From an uncultured bacterium (GTDB lineage: Bacteria; Acidobacteriota; HRBIN11; JAKEFK01), in assembly GCA_963777505.1 (NCBI GenBank), contig CAVZQN010000004.1, positions 192,001 through 256,000 of the forward strand: a DNA stretch of 64,000 bases, in the 5' to 3' direction. The position numbers were made by a program, and so were the translations under genes. This document shows positions 52,523-62,820 of this stretch, in pieces. Under the pieces are notes generated by a model, which saw only the letters and a list, made by a program, of their open reading frames with translations, was not told where the DNA came from and did no database searches. Each line of letters starts with the position of its first letter. Position 1 is the stretch's first letter.

Positions 52523-54211
52523 CTATTCACGCAACGTTACAAGCTGATTTGCGTTAACATTTTCTAATTTTTGGGTACTTCCACTCGGCCAAAAAACTTC
52601 AACAAGTTTTACTTGTTTGTTGGATCCGAGACCGAATGTGACAATCAATTCGTTTTGTGAACAGTAGCTTGCGCCCGTTTTAACTTGCTGCCATTTCTTA
52701 GTGCCATCATTCAGATGAACCACGATCTTGGCGCCAATTCCATCGCGGTTGCTTTTGCTGCCGGTTGTTTTGAATCGAATGTAATTGTTTTTATTGCCAC
52801 CATCATTACGGAAGAGTTGAGCTGGGCCTGAATTAGTTGAAATCAAAACATCCAGGTCGCCATCATTGTCAATGTCGCCATACGCGGCGCCTCGCGCGAC
52901 AATTGGTTTAGAGAAATCCTTGCCAACCTTTTTGGTAAATTCTTCGAATCGTTTTTCGCCAAGGTTTCTAAACAAATGTGGACTCTGCGCATACGTAACT
53001 TGTTGTTGTACGACATTGATATCATCATGAACGTGACCGTTCGCGCCTAAGATGTCGGAATATCCGTCCAGATCAAAATCAAAGAAAAAAGCGCCGAACG
53101 TAAGTTTCAGCAACGTAGCCTGTCCCACCGTTGTAGCAGGTGCTTCATCGATAAAAAGACCTGTGCCTTCATTGTGATACAAAGCCATCATTTCGTTTGA
53201 AAAATTTCCGATGATAAGGCTCGGGTAGCCTGAGTCATCATAATCGGCAGCATCCACTCCCATCCCTGCGCGCGGGATACCTGTTTCGCCGTAAGCCACA
53301 CCAGCCATCATGGCCATCTCTTTGAATTTGCCGTTGCCATTGTTGTGATAAAGCTTATTGGGTTGAGTATCGTTCGCAACAAAAAGATCCGGCCATTGAT
53401 CCAAATCGTAATCAAGAACTACGACACCAAGCGCTTTGCTAACATCATCAAATAGTCCGGCAGTTTTAGTGGTATCCAGGAAAGTGCCGTTTCCATTATT
53501 TTTGTATAAGCGTGATGAAGCTCCTTTGTAAGATTCAGGAGTGCAGTACGATTTGTTAGTGCCATCGAGAGTACAAAAAAGATCGTTTTCGATTGTCCAT
53601 TTCACATAGTTCGTAACAAACAGATCCAAATGTCCATCCTTGTCATAATCAAACCATGTTGAGCTTGTGCCGAAATCCGGACTCCCTAATCCTGCTTGTT
53701 TTGTTACATCGCTGAAAGTTCCATCACCATTATTGCGAAACAACAAATCAGGTCCTAACGAACTGATATAAATATCGGAATCGCCATCGTTATCGTAATC
53801 ACCGATTGTCGTTCCCATGCCATATGTTTCCACGGCAAGTCCTGCTTGTTGTGTAACATCAGTGAATGTCCCGTTCTGATTGTTTTTATATAGAGCTGAA
53901 AAAGTTGGCTTTCGTTTGTTTGACGGCCAATCCATCGAATTGATTAGAAGAATATCCTGCCAACCATCGTTGTTGTAATCCAGAAACGCACATCCGGAGC
54001 CCATCGATTCAGGCAGATATTTTTTTCCAAACGCACCGTTATTATGGATGAAGGAGATTCCAGCCTGGCTTGTTACATTTTTGAATTCAAGCGGGAAAGT
54101 TTCCGATTTTGCCGGCGTAATAGCAGCCGGTGGCGCCGGTTCCGTGGTTTTTTGTTCCTGTTTGCAACAGGCCAATATCAATAGAAATACACAGGTTAGA
54201 AAGCGATTCAT
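52523..54211 (-). CDS. CRTAC1-family lipoprotein (FG-GAP repeats + ASPIC/UnbV)
   Basis: Lipobox-like LAC, DYNNDG/DYDNDG repeats, RGAAYGDIDNDGD, SNRDGIGA, FGLG..V.WPSG; ATG overlaps the upstream TGA. Confidence 0.9.
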   Translation of the reverse strand: MNRFLTCVFLLILACCKQEQKTTEPAPPAAITPAKSETFPLEFKNVTSQAGISFIHNNGAFGKKYLPESMGSGCAFLDYNNDGWQDILLINSMDWPSNKRKPTFSALYKNNQNGTFTDVTQQAGLAVETYGMGTTIGDYDNDGDSDIYISSLGPDLLFRNNGDGTFSDVTKQAGLGSPDFGTSSTWFDYDKDGHLDLFVTNYVKWTIENDLFCTLDGTNKSYCTPESYKGASSRLYKNNGNGTFLDTTKTAGLFDDVSKALGVVVLDYDLDQWPDLFVANDTQPNKLYHNNGNGKFKEMAMMAGVAYGETGIPRAGMGVDAADYDDSGYPSLIIGNFSNEMMALYHNEGTGLFIDEAPATTVGQATLLKLTFGAFFFDFDLDGYSDILGANGHVHDDINVVQQQVTYAQSPHLFRNLGEKRFEEFTKKVGKDFSKPIVARGAAYGDIDNDGDLDVLISTNSGPAQLFRNDGGNKNNYIRFKTTGSKSNRDGIGAKIVVHLNDGTKKWQQVKTGASYCSQNELIVTFGLGSNKQVKLVEVFWPSGSTQKLENVNANQLVTLRE

Positions 54212-57021
54212 CAATCGAATGCCGGAGCAGTTACAGTTGACGTACCATGCTCATGGATTTGTTGTCGTTCGTTATTATCTTCGGGATTTAGTTTGCGATA
54301 GGGTCCAGTGATTTCCTGAGCAGCTTCATCAGCTTTGAACCGCATATAAAGTTTACGCTCCTTTTCTGCCATCTTTTTATTTCCTAAACCTTGATAACAC
54401 AACATCATGTTGTAATGTGCTGTTACATCTTCGGGATCAATTGAAAGTGTTACTTGGAATTCCTTAATCGCTTCCTGGTACTGCCGTTTTAAGAAAAGGA
54501 TCCTTCCTGTTTGATTTCTAACGACACGGTCAAGTGGGTATTTGCTACTGGCTTTTCGAAGATGAGTCAGCGCTTCATCGTATTTTCCTTGAGCTTTTAA
54601 AGCCATCGCAGAAAAGAAGTGCGTCTTTGCAAGTTCAGGATCGAGCGACAATGCTTTCTTCAGCACATCAAGTGCTCCGGCAGGATCTCCTTCCTGGACG
54701 CGCGCTCGCGCAATATTTACCCAACCATCCGCATATTTTGGGTCGATCTTAGTCACCTTGAGGAATGCTTCCTCAGCACCTTTCAAGTCTCCCTGCAGTA
54801 ATAAGCCTATTCCATAGTCATTCCAGCGTTCTCTATCTTTGGGCTCCAATTTCGTTTGAATGGGCAGAGGCTCGGTACTCGAATCGACAACCTTCAGAGT
54901 TTCTTCATCGCTTGCCATATCAACAATAGGAAGATCTGGAATCGCCTTAATCTTCCCGGATACTTTGGAAGTATCACCTGTGAACACGAAACGGCCGTCA
55001 TCAAATGAAGGGCTTAGACCAAAATTCTTTTGTGATGGATCACGCTCACCAGCAAAAGCAAATTGTGTATTCCACCACATAAATTTTCTGTAATTGAGTT
55101 TTGCTTTTAAGAAAATTTTATCCCCGCTATTTTCTGGAATTTTTATGCGGAAGTGAACAGTATCTGCAGCCCCCGGTGGAACCAGGCGCGTATAAACTAC
55201 CGATCGTGCTGCCCAGGCGTTTCTTTTATTGATCAAGTTGCCGTGTTCATCCAAAAGTAAGGAACGATAAAAGTGTGCGCCTTTTTCTACGGGTCCCTTT
55301 CCGTTATCTTCAACCATCCCGCTCCAGAAAACAGTTTTGCCAAGATTATCAACGGCTTGCAATTCGAGCCAAACATCAAAAGCATCAACAGTTCCGCCCG
55401 GGAAAAAATGTCCAACCTTTCTTGTACGGACAACAACTTCAAGACGAATGGAGTCACCGCGCCGCACAACTGCATCCACTTTATCGATTGGACCAACAAC
55501 TTCTACTGGTTTGCGGATAAATGCTTGAGATGAACCAAATGCCATCGATTCTTCACCAACAGCAAATGTGCTCGCCAGTTCAGGGCCTTCACCGGTTCGT
55601 GTTTCAATTTCCGGAACTTCTTCAAAAGGAGCCTGACTGAATGCAAAGATATCGACAGAAACCTGATCAGCTTTTAGAAAATCTGTAATCACTTTCAATT
55701 GTTCTTGATCCAGATTGACAGTTGGAAGCGCCGTGTTTGCTGCCGGAAATCGATGTGAACTTACTTTTCCATCAATGGCGGCAGGATCTTTTGCCGCAAC
55801 AAGAGGCATATGACAATCCGCACATTTCTGAGGTGCTTTCGGATAGTAAAATGCTCGCGCTCCCTGGCCGGAAACACCGCTCGCCTGCCAGTTATCGTAA
55901 TCATTAAATCCACGAAACCAGCGATAACTGTTCACAGGTATATCCAGGTGCACCTTATGACAGGATGAACAAAATTCCGCGGTATCTTGACGAACAAAAG
56001 GTTTCATAAAAATCTTTTTATGTGGTTCAGGATCTGTATACACAAGAAAGTCGTGAAGCTTTTGCATCCATTTGTTATCGCTGGCTGCAAGATCGTGAAG
56101 CGCAGGATACTCAATGACAAAATCTCCTTGTCCCATGCTGCTTTTCACCTTAACGATCGCATGGCATGAAGTACAGGCCAATCCCGCCTGAGCTTCCGGA
56201 GTGTCGATTATTTCTTTGATCGGAGTGTCCATCATTCCGTTAAAAAGTACGGCATGGTCATGACATCCACCGCACCATTTTGATGGCTTTGTCCCGACTA
56301 CTTCTTGCATGTACTCAATCGATTTTCGATACCACTGATTATTAAATGATGAAAAGTGATGTGCTGAAGCAAACCATTGCTTATAAATGTCTTCGTGGCA
56401 CCGAGCGCATGATTCTGATGTCATAAAAAATGTAGAAGGAATTGTTTTTCCACTCGTCGTTTCACCAGATGATGGAAAAAATGGACCATACTCGCCCTGT
56501 CCTTCCTGCAACATCGATTCAGGTACTTCAGTAGGATTCACTATGAATCCGGCTTCGTATGTCTTCTGTTTGTCGTACGCTCTCCATGTCAGCGTGAGAA
56601 TTAAAGCAAGGGCAAGAGTCACAGCATAAATTCTGGAATAACTTTTCATCCGTGGCGAAGCATCAACTTTCCTCGATCGGCTAAAGAGATGAATTGCCAA
56701 CAAAATTGAGCCGATCGTCGTTGTAACGATATGGGCTTGAAGTACCGAACGATAAGGCCGATGCGCTCCGGTGAAAAGCAGTATCAAACCGAGTACGACT
56801 CCGACCAATAGGAATGCAAAGCTCAACGATCCAAACGAGCCGAAAGAGCCACGGTTCCGCATCAGGAAGATGATCAGTAGAAAAGTGACCACAATCCCCA
56901 ATCCAATGTGTAGCAGCACGTTTGTCATGTAAAACAAGCTTGGCTCGGCAAAGGCTGCCAGATAGGCGCTATTTAAGATCAGAAGAAGACCAAGGAAAGG
57001 AAGGAGTTTCAGGTACTTCAT
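54211..57021 (-). CDS. Membrane-anchored pentaheme cytochrome c with C-terminal TPRs
   Basis: About five N-terminal hydrophobic helices; CARCH, CGGCH, CTSCH, CSSCH, CADCH; GHFFPGG; TPRs from RWNDYGIGLL. Confidence 0.88.
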   Translation of the reverse strand: MKYLKLLPFLGLLLILNSAYLAAFAEPSLFYMTNVLLHIGLGIVVTFLLIIFLMRNRGSFGSFGSLSFAFLLVGVVLGLILLFTGAHRPYRSVLQAHIVTTTIGSILLAIHLFSRSRKVDASPRMKSYSRIYAVTLALALILTLTWRAYDKQKTYEAGFIVNPTEVPESMLQEGQGEYGPFFPSSGETTSGKTIPSTFFMTSESCARCHEDIYKQWFASAHHFSSFNNQWYRKSIEYMQEVVGTKPSKWCGGCHDHAVLFNGMMDTPIKEIIDTPEAQAGLACTSCHAIVKVKSSMGQGDFVIEYPALHDLAASDNKWMQKLHDFLVYTDPEPHKKIFMKPFVRQDTAEFCSSCHKVHLDIPVNSYRWFRGFNDYDNWQASGVSGQGARAFYYPKAPQKCADCHMPLVAAKDPAAIDGKVSSHRFPAANTALPTVNLDQEQLKVITDFLKADQVSVDIFAFSQAPFEEVPEIETRTGEGPELASTFAVGEESMAFGSSQAFIRKPVEVVGPIDKVDAVVRRGDSIRLEVVVRTRKVGHFFPGGTVDAFDVWLELQAVDNLGKTVFWSGMVEDNGKGPVEKGAHFYRSLLLDEHGNLINKRNAWAARSVVYTRLVPPGAADTVHFRIKIPENSGDKIFLKAKLNYRKFMWWNTQFAFAGERDPSQKNFGLSPSFDDGRFVFTGDTSKVSGKIKAIPDLPIVDMASDEETLKVVDSSTEPLPIQTKLEPKDRERWNDYGIGLLLQGDLKGAEEAFLKVTKIDPKYADGWVNIARARVQEGDPAGALDVLKKALSLDPELAKTHFFSAMALKAQGKYDEALTHLRKASSKYPLDRVVRNQTGRILFLKRQYQEAIKEFQVTLSIDPEDVTAHYNMMLCYQGLGNKKMAEKERKLYMRFKADEAAQEITGPYRKLNPEDNNERQQIHEHGTSTVTAPAFD

Positions 57022-57148
57022 AAATCTGTTCCGGAATGAAAATGATAGCAAAAACTGAGATATTTTCCACCTGTTTGGCGACGATTATTCGTGGGATAGG
57101 TTAAAATAAGTACTTCTGTCGCGATCCTGACTTCAAAAGGAGTAATAA

Positions 57149-59096
57149 ATGATCCGTATTTCGACTTTCGTCCGTCAACTTTTAGTAAGATTTCATCTGT
57201 TAACTGTTGCCGCAATCGTACCAATTTTCATGCTTTTCTCTTCGATCGCGCAGCCTCAAGATGCAAAGTCTGAAAAACGAGTTACTGTAAATTATCCTTC
57301 GATTGATATTGGCGTGCAGTCATTGCCGGCTCGCAAGGAAGCACAATTAGCCACTGTAAATACTTTTCGTATTTTTTATGATTTTCAATTTTCCGATCAA
57401 CTGCCGCAAAGCGGAATTACCTTCAAGCACAAAATTGTTGATGACGCAGGAAAGAGCTACAAGCTTGTTCACTATGATCATGGAAACGGAATTGCAGTCG
57501 CTGATGTTGATGCGGATGGGCTTTACGATATCTACTTTGTCACTCAGTTGGGGAGTTGTGAATTATGGAAGAATCTGGGCAAAGGAAAATTCGAAAACAT
57601 AACTGAATCCGCAGGTGTGAGCCTTACAGGATAAGATTGGCGTCACAGCATCGTTTGCAGATATCGACAATGATGGTGACGATGACCTTTACGTCACTAC
57701 AGTTCGAAATGGAAATGTGCTTTTTGAAAACGATGGAAAAGGTCACTTCAAGGACATTTCCAAAGCAGCGGGCTTAAATTACGCTGGCCATTCTTCCGGT
57801 GCAGTAATTTTTGATTATAACAATGATGGACTTTTAGATCTTTTCCTGACAAATGTTGGCGTGTACACGACAGATCAAAAGGGAAGAGGTGGTTATTTTA
57901 CTGGTAAAGACCATGCCTTTGAAGGTCATCTTCATCCCGATCGTGAAGAAGGGAATGTGCTGTTCAAAAATATGGGAAAGACTAAATTTTCCGATGTTAC
58001 AAAGCAGGTTGGACTCATTGATAAAACCTGGAGTGGTGATGCAAGCTTTAGCGATTTGAATAATGATCTTTATCCTGATCTTTATGTTTTGAACATGCAG
58101 GGTGACAACATTTTTTATCAAAATGTTGAAGGGCGCAGTTTTGTTTCTAAAACCGATGCATATTTCCCCAAAACTCCATGGGGAGCAATGGGCATCAAAT
58201 TCTTTGACTTCAATAATGATGGATTCATGGATCTCATGTTATCGGATATGCATTCTGATATGTCACAAGAAGTAGGTCCTGACAAAGAAAAACTCAAATC
58301 AGACATGAGATGGCCTGATCCAGTTTTGCAAGGCAGGGAAAACAATATTTTTGGAAATGCTTTTTACAAAAATCTTGGCGAAGGTAAATTTGAAGAAGTG
58401 TCCGATAAAATCGGAGTTGAGAATTACTGGCCATGGGGACTGAGCGTTGCAGACATAAATGCAGATTCTTATCAGGATATGTTGATTACATCGAGCATGA
58501 ACTTCCCATTTCGCTATCAGGTTAATTCATTGTTGTTAAACGATAATGGTGAAATTTTTCGTGACAGTGAGTTTATTCTCGGCGTCGAACCAAGAAGAGA
58601 TGGCCGTACTCATACGTACTGGTTTGATCTGGATTGTTTAACTGTCGACAAAGGTCATGCTTTTTGCAGAAGCGTGCCTCCGGATAATTACACATTCATG
58701 GGAACTTTGGGTTCGAGATCATCGGTTATTTTCGATCTTGATAATGATGGAGACATGGACATCGTAACAAATGAATTCAATTCGGAACCGCAAGTATTGA
58801 TCAGTAATTTTTCGGATAAGAAAGAACTACATTTTCTTAAAGTGCTCTTAAGAGGAAAGAAATCGAATCGGAATGGTCTTGGAGCGCTTGTTAAAGTTTC
58901 TGCCGGCGGAAAAGTTTATTCCCAATACAATGATGGAAAATCCGGCTATCTTTCACAAAGCAGTCTTCCTCTTTATTTTGGATTAGGAAGTGCAACAGAG
59001 ATCGATCAAATCGAAATACTCTGGCCGTCTGGAACCAAACAAACGATGAAAAAGCCAGGTAAGATGAATTCAGTTCTTGAAATCGAAGAAGACTAG
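57149..59096 (+). CDS. CRTAC1-family protein (FG-GAP + ASPIC/UnbV), frameshift near 57630
   Basis: HGNGIAVADVDADG in ORF 57149..57634; removing one G gives DKIGVTASFADIDNDG into ORF 57717..59096 ending YFGLG..ILWPSG. Confidence 0.85.
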
Positions 59097-59105
59097 AATT
59101 AGCGA

Positions 59106-59409
59106 TTTGTACCGCCGGCGGCCTCCCGCCAAGTCACTCCTTCAAATATTTCCAGATGCGAGCGAGAGCGACATAAGGTCCGATTTAATTGAATGTATTT
59201 AATAATGCGAGTAGATTATTAAGAGTAATTAACGGATAATTTTATGCTCGCTGCTCGCATTGATCAATTATGCTCAATGAATATGAGCACGCGTGCCGGC
59301 GTTGACCCCAAATCCATCGTGCTAGCGTTTTGGACATTCCCAGCTTTGCCGGCTCCTAAAAAATGAACCGCAAAGGCGCAGAGTGCCGGCAAGATGCCAG
59401 CGTTACAAA
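59106..59409. repeat. Composite palindromic repeat, copy 2 (degenerate), with extra REP-like pieces
   Basis: Colinear with 13654-13881 up to about 59302; ends GCCGGCAAGATGCCAGCGTTACAAA. Confidence 0.75.
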
Positions 59410-59412
59410 CTG

Positions 59413-60976
59413 CTACTCGCGGATTGAGTTGCCTGCTTCATACGCCTTCAGGTGATTGTTAATTTGATTTGCCATTTGAATCTGACCTGAACCAATCGCA
59501 ATCTGATGTGCACGTTGAGCAAGTTTGATTGCTCCGGGAAAATCTCCATTTTCTGCATACGCTGCAGCCAGAACATAAAGACACTGCGCATCTTTATAAT
59601 TGGCCTTTTTACAAATTCCATCCGCAAGCTGAAATGCTTTTTGTGGATCTCGAATTGCGGAATCCGATGAAGTTGCATGCATCCAGGCAAGCTGCAATGC
59701 CAGTGTTGGATCTTCCGGGAACTTTTGCCTTGCACTTTGATATGCCTGCAAAGCTTCCGCACGTTTTCCTGATCGCAATAACAATTTGCCAAGATGATCG
59801 TAAGACCCAGCAAAATCAGGCTGCAGTTGAATCGCTTTGTTCAGCCATTGAATTGCCTCATCGGTCTTGCCCATTTCAAAAAGAGCTGATGCAAGATTGT
59901 TCATTGTGTTAACGGAGTTTGGGCTACGCGCTAATGAAGCACGGAATTGTTCAACTGCTTCGGGATACTTTTTGGATTGAAGATATACAACACCAAGAGT
60001 CGTCAGCAATCTCGGGTCCTCTTGCGAGTATTGGCGCTGCAAGTTTTAGTTCTCGAATCGCATCTTCGTAATAACCTTGATCCGCATAAGCTCTGCCGCG
60101 CAGATCGTACCAGTAAGAGCTGACACCTTCCGCTAATAATTCCAGTTCGAGTTTATCTTGCAATGGTTTTTTCTTTGGCAACTGCTGAGATAAACCAAGT
60201 TCTCGATTCGCATCTTCGGACCTGTTTAAACGCCGGTAAACTTCCGAAAGAAGACCATGCGCTTCACCGTAATTTGGATTCGATTGTAACGCCTTCTCTA
60301 AACTTGTACGCGCTGCTTCATAATTGCCGCTTGTCAGTGCAATCCGCGCAAGACCAACATACGCATGCGAGGAATTTGTTTCTGTATTCAGTGCTGCATT
60401 AAATTCTCTTGAAGCTTCTTCCAGACGTTTTGCTTGAAACAGTGCTTCCCCAAATCGTAAGTGAGTCGCAGGATAGTCGGGCTTGATTGTTGAGCTTTGT
60501 TTATAAAATTTCAATGATTCAGCAGAACCCATTTCATCCAGAACAATTGCTGCATAATATGGCCAGCGAAAATCATTTGGGTTAAGAGCCGCTGCCTTCT
60601 TGTAACAAACAATTGATTCATCTTTGAAGTCGTGAATATCCAAATTCATTCCTAGCTTTCCCCATAAGGCCGCAGATTCCGGATTGTTCATTACTTGCTT
60701 CTGCTGAGACTTAATTTTTTCAACGACTTGTGGTTCTGTTTCACCAAAATTGATTTCAGACAATTTATGAAGAACCAAGTTTGCATCTGCCTGATTTGAG
60801 TTTTCCTTTGTCAATAAGAAATAAAACAAAAAACCAAGGATCAGGAGAGCCGCGAGAAAAATAATCTTGCGAGTATTTTGAGAGAAAGGCTTTGCTGATA
60901 CAGGTGCCAGTTTTGCAGGTTCCGGAACAACTGGAGTTATTTTCTCAGGATGTTTTGTACGTTTTTTTTTCGCCAT
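59413..60976 (-). CDS. Membrane-anchored TPR protein, frameshift near 60030
   Basis: Basic N-terminus + TM, TPRs across ORFs 59951..60976 and 59413..60042; LAWMHATS..RDPQKA C-terminal motif. Confidence 0.82.
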
Positions 60977-60982
60977 AAAAAG

Positions 60983-62689
60983 TTAAGGTGAAGTCCCTTT
61001 TCCCCTTCCTTTCTCAAGCAGAATGAATTGATCTGCCTTTGCGCCCGGAAAGTTTTCGGACGTACCGTCAGGCCAGACAACTGAAATTTGATCGGCCGAA
61101 GTTGCTTTTCCAAGCCCGAAGTGCACTCGTGGGTCATTGTAAGAAAGATAGCTGTATGCAGGTGTTACAAATCTGGTTAAACGTTTTCCTTGAGTCACAA
61201 CGGTGATGGTTGCCCCGATTGCATCGCGTTTTAGACTGGGATCTTTTGCCTGGATCGTAAGCCAATGACCTTTTTGTTTAATGTCATTCCGATAAAGTCT
61301 TGCGGTTCCCCCATCGTTCGTGACTAAAAGATCGATATCGCCATCGTTATCAACATCTCCAAATGCTAACCCGCGACTGTTCTCAATTTCGTTGCAAAAA
61401 GACCCGGCTTGTTCGTGCTTTGCAACAAAATGTCCTGATCCGTCATTTTCATAAAGCAGATTTGGCTCTGAATAATGATCCCAATATTTCAGTGGTTTGT
61501 TTTGAAGTAAAAGTGGACCACGAGTTACCCGGCCATTCACAACGGCTGTATCTAAATCGCCGTCATGATCATAATCAAAAAAGCCAGTTCCAAATCCGGT
61601 ATAAGGCAAACTGAAAGCCCCTAACCCTGATGAAGCTGTATCATCTTGAAAGCCGAGTTTGCCTGCATGACGAAACAATGTGTTTGTTTCGCCGCGCAAA
61701 TGCGTGATGAAGAGCTCGGGATCAGCATCAGCATCCAGATCTCCAACGGCAATTCCCATTCCAGCTTCGGCCTGCCCTGCAGCATTGACAGCCGCCCCAA
61801 GAGGAAGTGCTACATCGATGAATGTTCCATTCCGTTGATTAATCCACATTTGATTCGGTTCACCATCATTCGCGACGTACAAATCAGGATAATGATCCAT
61901 ATCAAAATCGGCTGATACGACACCTAATCCTTTCGATACGATCTTGCCGATTCCTGATGAGATAGACACGTCGCTGAAAGTTCCATTCCCATTATTTCGG
62001 TATAAGACATCAGCCTCACCTTGATATGCTTGTGGGCCGCAATAATCCTTTCGTCCGGACTTATCAGTGCAAATCACTCCGGGGTCGTAGGTCACATAGT
62101 TGGCTACGAAAATATCAAGAAAGTTATCGCGGTCATAATCAAAAAGTACTGCAGCAGTTCCCCACGCAGAATTTGTAATTCCAGCTTGCTTGGAGATGTC
62201 AGTGAAGGTTCCATCACCATTGTTGCGATAAAGTTTGTTCGGACCATAATTGGCCAAATACAGATCGATATCTCCATCGTTATCGATATCGCCCATAGCG
62301 ACTCCCATTCCATACCCTGTGTCAGACAGGCGCGAAGATTCGGTGACATCGACAAACGTTCCATTTTTCTCTTGTCGAAAAAGGCGATGGCTCAATTTCG
62401 GTTTTCCAGCAGCACGATATGCGCCATTGACGACATAAATATCCAAATCTCCATCATTGTCGTAGTCAAAAAATCCGCCACCGCCACCCATCACCTCTGG
62501 ATAGAAATAGTTTCCTTCTACCGCCGCATCATGAACAAAATCGAACTTGCTTTGCTTGGTGATGTCTGTAAACATCCCAGGCTCTTGCGATTTCGGTGGG
62601 CTTGTGGGCGACGTCCGGCAACCCCAAGTGATTGCAAATGTGAGGATTATGATTAATAGATGAAGTTTTTGCGGTCGAGCGGCGTTCAA
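60983..62689 (-). CDS. CRTAC1-family lipoprotein (FG-GAP + ASPIC/UnbV)
   Basis: TWGC lipobox-like, EVMGGG, DYDNDG repeats, SRGLAFGDVDNDGD, VHFGLG..VVWPDG. Confidence 0.9.
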   Translation of the reverse strand: MNAARPQKLHLLIIILTFAITWGCRTSPTSPPKSQEPGMFTDITKQSKFDFVHDAAVEGNYFYPEVMGGGGGFFDYDNDGDLDIYVVNGAYRAAGKPKLSHRLFRQEKNGTFVDVTESSRLSDTGYGMGVAMGDIDNDGDIDLYLANYGPNKLYRNNGDGTFTDISKQAGITNSAWGTAAVLFDYDRDNFLDIFVANYVTYDPGVICTDKSGRKDYCGPQAYQGEADVLYRNNGNGTFSDVSISSGIGKIVSKGLGVVSADFDMDHYPDLYVANDGEPNQMWINQRNGTFIDVALPLGAAVNAAGQAEAGMGIAVGDLDADADPELFITHLRGETNTLFRHAGKLGFQDDTASSGLGAFSLPYTGFGTGFFDYDHDGDLDTAVVNGRVTRGPLLLQNKPLKYWDHYSEPNLLYENDGSGHFVAKHEQAGSFCNEIENSRGLAFGDVDNDGDIDLLVTNDGGTARLYRNDIKQKGHWLTIQAKDPSLKRDAIGATITVVTQGKRLTRFVTPAYSYLSYNDPRVHFGLGKATSADQISVVWPDGTSENFPGAKADQFILLEKGRGKGTSP

Positions 62690-62737
62690 AATGTTAGTCT
62701 CGTGAAGTCTTATGATAAAGAATCTGTTCCAAAACTG

Positions 62738-62761
62738 GTAGGGGCGGCTCTTGTAGCCGCC
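62738..62761. repeat. GTAG-type REP (family A)
   Basis: GTAGGGGCGGCTCTTGTAGCCGCC. Confidence 0.6.
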
Positions 62762-62820
62762 ATTACTGACGAGAGGTCACGTTGCGCTGTATAACGTCCC
62801 TTCTCTATACTTGTTCTAAA

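Noticed and set aside
62021-62656. 211-aa plus-strand ORF, and similar shadow ORFs such as 34431..35030 and 34320..34835
   Set aside because: Antisense or alternate-frame to well-supported genes, with no recognisable motifs.
52523-62689. Enediyne biosynthetic cluster implied by UnbV domains
   Set aside because: No PKSE, thioesterase E10 or other enediyne core genes in the window.
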